Assembly (NCBI RefSeq): GCF_041905455.1
Contig: NZ_JAYRLA010000001.1
Span: forward strand, 297,737 to 361,736
DNA: 64,000 nt
Reading direction: 5' to 3'
Source: Methylocella sp.
GTDB taxonomy: Bacteria; Pseudomonadota; Alphaproteobacteria; Rhizobiales; Beijerinckiaceae
A program made the translations under genes and the position numbers. Each line of letters begins with the position of its first letter. The stretch's first letter is position 1. Below are positions 30,190-37,178 of the stretch, piece by piece. The notes under the pieces were generated by a model. The model did not search any database. It had not been told where the DNA came from and saw only the letters and a list, made by a program, of their open reading frames with translations.

Positions 30190-30899
30190 CCAAGCCCAAC
30201 CCTGAAAACGAGCGGCAGAAGCGCGCCTATTTCGCCTTCCTGCGGGAAGCGCATGGTCGCGACGAAACGACGATCGATCGCGTCGCCGCGTCGCTCGCGC
30301 GCTTCGAGGCGAGCACGAAAGCGCGCGATTTTGCGCGCTTCCATCGAGAACAGGCCGTCGCCTTCAAGGCGCGCCTGCTTGAGACGGCGAACGCCCGGAC
30401 CGGGGAGCGTCTCAGCAAGGCGACCGTCCTTTCCACGCTGCGCGATCTGCGCGTCTTCTTCCTCTGGCTGGCGCGCGAGCCAGGCTATAGGTCGAAAATT
30501 GCCTTTTCCGACGCCGATTATTTCAATCTGCCGGACAAGGATGTCGCGGTCGCCCGCGCGCGCCGCCGCCGCTTTCTCCGCCAGGGCGGCTTCGCCACGC
30601 TGTTCGGCTTCACCGCGGCCGCTCGCTTGGAGGCGAAGGAACGTCACGTCCAAGCGCAGGCGAAGTTCAAGGAAGCGCTGCCGAGGCACGTTCCTTTCTC
30701 CAGCTGGTATGAGGATTTGGAAAGGAGAGGCGTACAAGAGCTGCGGCCTCTTGATCGCCCCTTTGGCTTACAAAACCGCCTCGACCGAGCGATGATCGAG
30801 TTTATTGGGCTTTTGCGCCAATGCGGCCGTCGCCGAGCTTCCCGCTGCGCGTCAAAAGCAAATTTTGACGGCGCTCAAAGGCGGGCGGAAGGACGCTGA
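30186..30899 (+). pseudogene. Truncated or internally deleted tyrosine recombinase (only the N-terminal SAM-like/core-binding part is recognisable)
   Basis: Residues 1 to ~125 (NERQKRAYFAFLREAHGRDETTIDRVAASLARFEAST...FHREQAVAFKARL...VLSTLRDLRVFFLWLAREPGYRSKIAFSDADYFNL) look like an integrase N-domain. No R..HxxR..Y catalytic domain follows in any frame. Confidence 0.5.
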
Positions 30900-31388
30900 A
30901 CGGATCATCCGGGGCGCCTTCGACCAAGCCAGGGAAGCTCGCCGCGCATCAGGCGTCGACGAGGCCGCCGCGGAACTCGAACACGCCGGGGGCGCCGAAC
31001 GCGACGCGCTGGCCGCCCTCTGCAGCTTCAGATGCGCCACCGTCGCCGATGTGAACGCCCGGGCCGAATATCTCGCCGGCCTTGACGGCGTGTCGCCCAA
31101 GGCCGTCGCGGCCGCGCTCGCCCTCCTCTCGCTGCCGGGGAGGCTTGAGCCATGGCGACATCCCTCATTGAGGCCATGGACACTCTCGACGATATCGCCG
31201 CGTTGGTGGGGGTCGGGCAGATGGCGGCCTTCGACCTTGAGCCCGAAGAACAAGGCCAGATCCAGGCGCTGTTCTCCGTCATCGCGCAGGGCTTGGCCAG
31301 CCGGGCGCCGAGGAAGGCGTTGATTTCACTTGCCTCAAATTTGAGGAGCGGGGCAGGTTTTGAGCTGCGCTCGCTCCCCCGGCGATGA
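30805..31388 (+). pseudogene. Hypothetical gene(s), probably frameshifted: frame 1 (30805 to ~31150) then frame 3 (31152..31388)
   Basis: High third-position G+C switches from the 30805 frame to the 31152 frame near 31150. ATG 31152 is preceded by GGGGAGG. The 30805 ORF has no stop until 31323. Confidence 0.3.
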
Positions 31389-31492
31389 CCAGGGCGATCG
31401 AGGGCGCTTTCCTCAACGAAAACAGCGGGCTCAGTTTTGAGCCGGGCTCGGCCGTCGCGGGGAAGGATGGCCCCATTTGGGGCCATGTCGGC

Positions 31493-31513
31493 CGGCACGA
31501 AATCGTGCCGTTT
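31493..31513 (+). terminator. Rho-independent terminator-like hairpin (7-bp stem CGGCACG/CGTGCCG, loop AAAT, then TTT)
   Basis: Read directly from the sequence. It lies inside the nominal ORF 31385..31768. Confidence 0.45.
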
Positions 31514-31532
31514 CGGATCAATGGGTTAGCGC

Positions 31533-31557
31533 GGCCGTGCAGAATTGCACGGCCTTT
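31533..31557 (+). terminator. Rho-independent terminator-like hairpin (9-bp stem GGCCGTGCA/TGCACGGCC, loop GAAT, then TTT)
   Basis: Read directly. This is the second hairpin, 20 nt after the first, and marks the probable end of island transcription. Confidence 0.5.
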
Positions 31558-31718
31558 GAGATCAGGAGCCTGGCGAATTCGGCTTGTCTGGAGGTCAAGG
31601 GCTTCGAGGTCGACGGCTAACGTCGGCGAAATCGCTTTCCGTGTCTACACGGCGGCTACAATCCGAACCAAGGATGTTATGATAATCCGTCTTATAGCCC
31701 CTAAACCCTTGTTCTATC

Positions 31719-31795
31719 TGGTACCGCCACCCCGGCTCGAACGGGGGACCTCTAGATCCACAATCTAGCGCTCTAACCAACTGAGCTATGGCGGC
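31719..31795 (-). tRNA. tRNA-His (anticodon GUG), no G-1, G1:U72, A73, CCA encoded
   Basis: The reverse complement folds as GCCGCCA...CTAGA-TTGTGGA-TCTAG...CCCCG-TTCGAGC-CGGGG-TGGCGGT-A-CCA. 77 nt. Confidence 0.9.
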
Positions 31796-32106
31796 CCGGC
31801 GACAGGCGGCGGACCCTAACGGCGGGCGAGAGCGATTGCAAGCCTCACGCCGTCCGCTTGTCGCCACGCCGACGGCCGGAAGAATTGCGTTAACGAAAAT
31901 TAATCAATTTTGACTTAATTTCGCAACTGCGGCGCGCGGCGCATGGACCGGCCGCGGAGCCATGGTTAGCATGAGGTTAAGGGCGGCGCGCCGCCGAAGC
32001 GCCTTCGGGGCGTCGCCCCGCGCAAGGCGCCGTCTCGACAGCGCGAGCCTCGTCCGGCCGGAGCGCGCCGGCCGGCGCGGACCACGATTCAGGGAAGCCG
32101 ATCGGC

Positions 32107-34503
32107 ATGACGGGGATCAGCTTCAGTCCCGGCTACGGCGACGAGGACGTCGCGACGGCGCTGCGCCTTCTTTCGCCGCGGCTCGCCCTCGACGCGCCTC
32201 TGCTCGCCATGGGCGCCGGCGACGAGCGAAGGGTCGTTTTCGCGAGCGCGCCGATCCTGCGGCTGTTCGGCGCGGGCTCCCTCGAAGGCCTTTCCCTGGC
32301 GCTGCGCGCGCCGCAGGCCGCCGAGCGCGCACCCGCCCGCCAACTGGCGGCGCTCGCGCAAAACTACGCTCCGGGCGGACCCGCCCGCCTCGAGCGGCTG
32401 AGCTTCCCGGCCCTCGCCCATCCCGTCATCTTCCTGTGCCGGCGGCTCGACGCGCCCGCGCCGCTGTTCGTCGCCGCCGCGCTCGACATGCCCGCGTCGC
32501 TCCGCGCCGCGCCGGCGCAGGACCCGCCCGCCGCGCGCGACGACGCGACGGCGACGCAAGGGCCGCCCGAGTCGGCGCCGGCCCGCTTCGTCTGGCGCGC
32601 CGGGCCGGACGACGCGCTCGTCGAGGTCGGCGACGCGCTGGAGCTTGCGGCCGGCGAGCCGGCGGCGGCCTTCCTCGGCGTGAAGCTCGCCCGCCTCGTC
32701 GGCGCCTTCGACGCCGACCGCGGGCTGGAGCTGCAGCGCCTGTTCGACAGGCGCCAGAGCTGGCGCGGCTTTTCGGTCGACTGGCCCTCGCCCGACGACG
32801 CCTTCGTCGCCAGCGTGTCGCTCGCCGGCTCGCCCGTGTTCGACGGAGAGAGGCGTTTCCTCGGCTATCGCGGCTTCGGCCTCGTGCTCTCCCGCCGGCC
32901 GGCCGCGCCGCGCGCCGCGCCGGGCGGCGCCGGCGGCGTCCTCGACCTGCGCAGGCGGCTCGCCGAGGCCTGGCCGCGGGGCGCGGAGGAGGGGCCGAAC
33001 GACGACGCCGGCGCCGCAGGCGGGGCGATCCTGAACGCGCAGGAGCGCGCCGCCTATGACGGCCTGCCGACCGGCGTGCTCGTCGTCGAGGCCGGGGCGG
33101 CGCTGTTCGCCAACCGCTTCCTGCTCGACGCGCTCGGCGAGCCCGACCTGCGCAGCGCGCGCCTTTCCGGCGCGCTCGAGCCCGTGCTGTCGCGGCGCGA
33201 CGACGCAGAGGGAGCCGCCGTCGTCCTTTTCGCCGGCGGGCGCTCCGTCCGCTTCGCCCTGCGCCGCGCCCGGCTCGCGCGCGGGGAGCGCGACGTCGAG
33301 ATCGTCTCGCTCGCGCCGGAGCCCGAGGCGCCCGCGGCGCGGGCGGCGGCGCGCAGGCTCGCCGAGGAGCGCCGCGAGGCGCGCGAGCTCAACGCCATCC
33401 TCGACACCGCGATGGACGGCGTATGCGTCCTCGACGCGCGCGGCGCCATCCTGCGCCTCAACCGAGCGGGCGAAGCGCTGTTCGGCTGCGAGAGCGCCGA
33501 GGTCGCCGGGCGCGACTTCACGATTCTCGTCGCGCCGGAGAGCCGGGAGCGGGCGAAGGCCTATTTCGCCGCACTCGGCGGCGGCGGCCTCGCCGGCGTG
33601 TTCAACGACGGGCGCGAGATCCTCGGGCTCACGCGGCGCGGCGGCGCGATCCCGCTCTTCATAACGCTCGGCGAGATCGGCGAGGCGGGCGATCCGCGCG
33701 CCGAGCCGCGTTATTGCGCCCTTCTGCGCGACATGACGCACTGGAAGACGATCGAGCGCGAGCTGAAGGACGCGCGCAGCGAGGCGGAGCGGGCGAGCGC
33801 CCTGAAGTCCGACTTCCTCGCCAAGGTCAGCCATGAGATCCGCACCCCGCTCAACGCCATCCTCGGCTTCGCCGAGGTGATGCTCGAGGAGCGCTTCGGC
33901 CCGGTCGGAACCGAGCGCTACAAGGAATATCTGAAGGACATCCACAGCTCCGGCGCGCTGGTCATGAGCCTCGTCAACGATCTGCTCGACCTGTCCAAGA
34001 TCGAGGCCGGCAAGATGGAGCTGGCCTTCGAGGCGGCCGACCTCAACCGCATCGTCGCCGAATGCGTCTCGATCATGCAGCCGCAGGCGAGCGGCGCGCG
34101 CGTCGTCATCGGCCTGTCGCTCGCCCCGCAGCTGCCGCAGATCTACGCCGACGAGCGCTCGGTGCGGCAGATCACGCTGAACCTGCTCTCCAACGCCATC
34201 AAATTCACCGAAGGAGGGGGGCAGGTCGTCGTCTCGACCGCGCTCAACGACCAGAACTGCGCCGCGCTGCGCGTGCGCGACACCGGCGTCGGCATGTCCG
34301 AGGACGACCTCAAGATCGCCTTGCAGCCGTTCGGCCAGGCCTCGCGCGGGCGCGCGGCCGGCGGCACGGGCCTCGGCCTGCCGCTCACCAAGGCGCTGGT
34401 CGAGGCGAACCGCGCCGCCTTCTCGATCCGCAGCAAGCCCGACGAGGGCACGCTGGTCGAGATCGCCTTCCCGCCGGCGCGGATCGTCGCCGCCCGCAAA
34501 TAG
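32107..34503 (+). CDS. Cytoplasmic PAS-domain sensor histidine kinase (PleC/DivJ/PdhS-like HisKA-HATPase core)
   Basis: 798 aa with no obvious TM segments. PAS region around LNAILDTAMDGVCVLD, H-box KSDFLAKVSHEIRTPLNAILGF, N box LLSNAIKFT, G boxes DTGVGM and GTGLGL. Confidence 0.85.
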   Translation: MTGISFSPGYGDEDVATALRLLSPRLALDAPLLAMGAGDERRVVFASAPILRLFGAGSLEGLSLALRAPQAAERAPARQLAALAQNYAPGGPARLERLSFPALAHPVIFLCRRLDAPAPLFVAAALDMPASLRAAPAQDPPAARDDATATQGPPESAPARFVWRAGPDDALVEVGDALELAAGEPAAAFLGVKLARLVGAFDADRGLELQRLFDRRQSWRGFSVDWPSPDDAFVASVSLAGSPVFDGERRFLGYRGFGLVLSRRPAAPRAAPGGAGGVLDLRRRLAEAWPRGAEEGPNDDAGAAGGAILNAQERAAYDGLPTGVLVVEAGAALFANRFLLDALGEPDLRSARLSGALEPVLSRRDDAEGAAVVLFAGGRSVRFALRRARLARGERDVEIVSLAPEPEAPAARAAARRLAEERREARELNAILDTAMDGVCVLDARGAILRLNRAGEALFGCESAEVAGRDFTILVAPESRERAKAYFAALGGGGLAGVFNDGREILGLTRRGGAIPLFITLGEIGEAGDPRAEPRYCALLRDMTHWKTIERELKDARSEAERASALKSDFLAKVSHEIRTPLNAILGFAEVMLEERFGPVGTERYKEYLKDIHSSGALVMSLVNDLLDLSKIEAGKMELAFEAADLNRIVAECVSIMQPQASGARVVIGLSLAPQLPQIYADERSVRQITLNLLSNAIKFTEGGGQVVVSTALNDQNCAALRVRDTGVGMSEDDLKIALQPFGQASRGRAAGGTGLGLPLTKALVEANRAAFSIRSKPDEGTLVEIAFPPARIVAARK

Positions 34504-34519
34504 AGCGCTCGCGCCGCCG

Positions 34520-34544
34520 GGAACGCTTCGCCGCGCCGGCCGTT
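34520..34544 (+). promoter_or_regulatory. EcfG-type (general stress response ECF sigma) promoter candidate: GGAAC-N16-CGTT
   Basis: GGAAC at 34520..34524, an exact 16-nt spacer, and CGTT at 34541..34544. It lies 45 nt upstream of the small-gene ATG. Confidence 0.5.
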
Positions 34545-34589
34545 GATCTTGCTGGGATGATTTTGGCGAGCTTCCAACGGGGTGCGCAG

Positions 34590-34766
34590 ATGGTTGGGAA
34601 GTCCAAGGCCGACGCGGACGAGGCGCGAAAGGCGAAGGCCGCGAAGGAGGAGCAGAGCGAGGAGCTCGACGAGGAGCTTGAAGGCTCCTTCCCGGCGAGC
34701 GATCCGCCGTCCATGACGCAGCTGGCCACCGCGCCGGGCGAACCCGTCCGCAAGAAAAAGAAGTAG
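34590..34766 (+). CDS. Small acidic/basic protein with EGSFPASDPPS motif (58 aa; below the ORF-track cutoff as a separate gene)
   Basis: Hand translation: MVGKSKADADEARKAKAAKEEQSEELDEELEGSFPASDPPSMTQLATAPGEPVRKKKK. The FPASDP motif recurs in small uncharacterised alphaproteobacterial proteins. Confidence 0.55.
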   Translation: MVGKSKADADEARKAKAAKEEQSEELDEELEGSFPASDPPSMTQLATAPGEPVRKKKK

Positions 34767-34819
34767 GGTCGGCGGACGGCCGCAGTCAGCGGGCTGGGGC
34801 CCGTTGAGCAGGTCCTGAA

Positions 34820-34857
34820 AGCGGAGCGCGCCGGCTGGCGCGCTCCGCTTTTCTTTT
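34820..34857 (+). terminator. Strong rho-independent terminator (13-bp perfect stem AGCGGAGCGCGCC/GGCGCGCTCCGCT, loop GGCT, then TTTCTTTT)
   Basis: Every base pair was checked by hand. It lies 54 nt after the small-gene stop. Confidence 0.85.
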
Positions 34858-34977
34858 GCGCGTCGGCCCGGCGGCGCGGCCAAAAAAAATTCGCCGCCCG
34901 TTTCGCCTTGCGCTTCAACCGCCTCGCCGTCCTGACCCAGGGCGGAGGGCGGCGATGAAGCCGAATCCGCGTTGACC

Positions 34978-35012
34978 CCCCAAATCATCCCATGGTATCC
35001 CAAACCGTCCCT
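34978..35012 (+). promoter_or_regulatory. Candidate MraZ operator: four 10-bp-phased copies of YCCCW (TGGGA on the opposite strand) overlapping a TTGACC -35
   Basis: CCCCA 34978, TCCCA 34988, TCCCA 34998 and TCCCT 35008, with TTGACC at 34972..34977. The array ends 126 nt upstream of mraZ. Confidence 0.5.
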
Positions 35013-35137
35013 GATCAAGCTTGGGCGCGGCGGCTACGCCGCCGGCGGCCGGCGCCTGTCGGGGGCGTCGCGCCGGGCGTCGAAGGCTGCTGGGAGCGGG
35101 CCGCCTCAGGCGAGCGGAGATGGGTGGGGCGGCATAG

Positions 35138-35629
35138 GTGGATGGCTATGTCTCCCACTACACCAACCGGCTCGACGCCAAGGGGCGCGTGTCGATTCCC
35201 GCTCCGTTTCGCGCCGCTCTGGCGCGCGACGGGTTCGAGGGGCTCTACGTGCATCCCTCGATCGATCAGGAGGCGCTCGACTGCGGCGGCAACGCGTTGC
35301 TGCGGGAGATCGAGGGGCTGCTTTCCGGGCTCTCTCCCTATTCGGAGGAGCGCGACCTGTTCTCGACCGCGCTGATCGGCACGAGCGAGATCCTGAAGGT
35401 GGATTCGGAAGGGCGGGCGATCCTGACCGAATCCTTGAAGAGCTACGCGCATATCGCCGGCGAGGTCACCTTCGTCGGGCATGGACGCAAGTTTCAGATC
35501 TGGGAGCCGGGACGTTTTCGCGCGCATCTGGACGAGGCCAGAGACCGGGTGCGCGAACTGCGAAGACGGCTCAGCGCCAGACACGCGGCTCCCGACGGGA
35601 CGCCGCGCCCGCATGGAGCACGGGAATGA
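35138..35629 (+). CDS. mraZ: Transcriptional regulator MraZ
   Basis: GTG start. [14 protein letters not shown] and a second SpoVT-AbrB-like half ([13 protein letters not shown]). First gene of the dcw cluster. Confidence 0.9.
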   Translation: MDGYVSHYTNRLDAKGRVSIPAPFRAALARDGFEGLYVHPSIDQEALDCGGNALLREIEGLLSGLSPYSEERDLFSTALIGTSEILKVDSEGRAILTESLKSYAHIAGEVTFVGHGRKFQIWEPGRFRAHLDEARDRVRELRRRLSARHAAPDGTPRPHGARE

Positions 35630-36672
35630 TGTCGGGTCGCGGCGGGCGCGAGACGCTCGCCGCAGGCGGACCGGCCCGGCACGTTCCCGTGCTTCGCGCG
35701 GAAATCCTGAAGATCGCCGATCCGCGCGAGGGCGGCCTCTATCTCGACGCGACCTTCGGGGCGGGCGGCTATTCGCGCGCCCTGCTTGAGCGCGGCGGGA
35801 CGGTCGTCGCGCTCGACCGCGACCCGCGCGCGATCGCCGGCGGCGCGCCGCTCGTCAGCGAGGCGCAAGGGCGCCTCACGCTGATCGAGGCGCCGTTCTC
35901 GCGGCTCGCCGAGGCCGCCGCGGCGCGCTGTTTCTCGGGCTTCGACGCCGCGCTGTTCGACGTCGGCGTCTCCTCCATGCAGCTCGACGAGGCGGAGCGC
36001 GGCTTCTCCTTCCGCCTCGACGGGCCGCTCGACATGCGCATGGGCATCGGCGGGCGCAGCGCGGCGGACATCGTCAACGGCGCGAGCGAGGCCAAGCTCG
36101 CCGACATCCTCTATTATTTCGGCGAGGAGCGGGCCTCGCGCCGCATCGCCCGCGCCATCGTCGCCGACCGCGCGAAGAAGCCCTTCGAGACGACCGGCGC
36201 GCTCGCCGCGATGATCGCCCGCGTCGCGCCCGGCAAGCCGGGCGAGGTCCATCCGGCGACGCGCAGCTTCCAGGCGCTGCGCATCGCCGTCAACGACGAG
36301 CTCGGCGAGCTGGTCGCGGGACTCGCCGGCGCCGAGGCCGTGCTGAAGCCGGGCGGCCGGCTCGCAGTGGTGACGTTCCATTCGCTCGAGGACCGCATCG
36401 CCAAGCTGTTCTTCGCGCGACGCGCCGGCCGCGGGCAGGCGCGCTCGCGCCGCCTGCCCGGCGAGCCCGAGGCGCCGGCGCCGACCTTCGAGGTCACGGG
36501 ACCGCAGCCGATCGCGCCGTCGGTCGCCGAGGTCGAGGCCAACCCGCGCGCCCGCTCGGCCAAGCTGCGCTGGGGGACGCGCACCAGCGCGCCGGCGTTC
36601 GCGTCCGACGCCGAGCTTTCCGCCCTCGCGACGTTGCCGGCGCGCGCGCCGGCGCGTCGGGGGAAAGCCTAG
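35626..36672 (+). CDS. rsmH: 16S rRNA (cytosine1402-N4)-methyltransferase
   Basis: ATG 35626 overlaps the mraZ stop. [33 protein letters not shown]. Confidence 0.92.
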   Translation: MMSGRGGRETLAAGGPARHVPVLRAEILKIADPREGGLYLDATFGAGGYSRALLERGGTVVALDRDPRAIAGGAPLVSEAQGRLTLIEAPFSRLAEAAAARCFSGFDAALFDVGVSSMQLDEAERGFSFRLDGPLDMRMGIGGRSAADIVNGASEAKLADILYYFGEERASRRIARAIVADRAKKPFETTGALAAMIARVAPGKPGEVHPATRSFQALRIAVNDELGELVAGLAGAEAVLKPGGRLAVVTFHSLEDRIAKLFFARRAGRGQARSRRLPGEPEAPAPTFEVTGPQPIAPSVAEVEANPRARSAKLRWGTRTSAPAFASDAELSALATLPARAPARRGKA

Positions 36673-36778
36673 CAGAGTCAAAAGAACGGCGTAGCGGCAG
36701 CGCTTCGTTAACCATTTCTTCCGAACCGCCGTGCTTCTTTGAGCCGGGGCGCGCGGCCGGCGCGTCGGCGGAGGCGCC

Positions 36779-37159
36779 ATGGTCCGCATCCTGAACGTGC
36801 TCGCCGTGCTCGCGCTGATCGGCTCGGCGATCTACGCCTATTCGATCAAGTACGACACGATCTTCCACGCCGAGAAAATCGCCAAGCTCAAGCACCAGAT
36901 CAAGGCGGAGCAGGACCGCGTGGCGACGCTGAAGGCGGAATGGTCGCACCTCACCCGGCCCGAGCGCGTGCAGATGCTCGCCGACAAGTTCCTCGACCTT
37001 CAGCCGCTCGCCCTGCGCCAGATCGTCGCCCTCGACGCGTTGCCGCGGCGCGTCGAGCGCTCCGACGCGATCGGCGACAAGCTCGGCGCCCTCGGCCTCG
37101 CCGAAGACGCCGCCCAGCCGGGGGCGCCCGCCCCGACGCAAGCGCCCGCGGCGCGTTAA
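36779..37159 (+). CDS. ftsL: Cell division protein FtsL (alphaproteobacterial type)
   Basis: 126 aa. A single TM (ILNVLAVLALIGSAIYAY) followed by a coiled coil, in the position between rsmH and ftsI. Confidence 0.75.
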   Translation: MVRILNVLAVLALIGSAIYAYSIKYDTIFHAEKIAKLKHQIKAEQDRVATLKAEWSHLTRPERVQMLADKFLDLQPLALRQIVALDALPRRVERSDAIGDKLGALGLAEDAAQPGAPAPTQAPAAR

Positions 37160-37178
37160 CGACAACCGGATCGACGCG

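Larger units (their letters stand above)
27247..31718. mobile_element. Decayed integrative genomic island lying between the 3' ends of tRNA-Leu and tRNA-His
   Basis: A P4-type integrase lies 155 nt after the tRNA-Leu 3' end. The island also has an excisionase, a second truncated recombinase and lower, patchy G+C. No attR copy of either tRNA 3' end was found. Confidence 0.7.

Noticed and set aside
31889-31920. AT-rich patch with three TTAA elements (GTTAAC-GAAAAT-TAAT...TTGACTTAAT) between tRNA-His and the cell-cycle-type kinase, considered as a CtrA box (TTAA-N7-TTAAC).
   Set aside because: Spacings between the TTAA elements are 6 and 11 nt rather than 7. No full consensus half-site pair exists. 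It may simply be promoter DNA for the kinase or tRNA-His.
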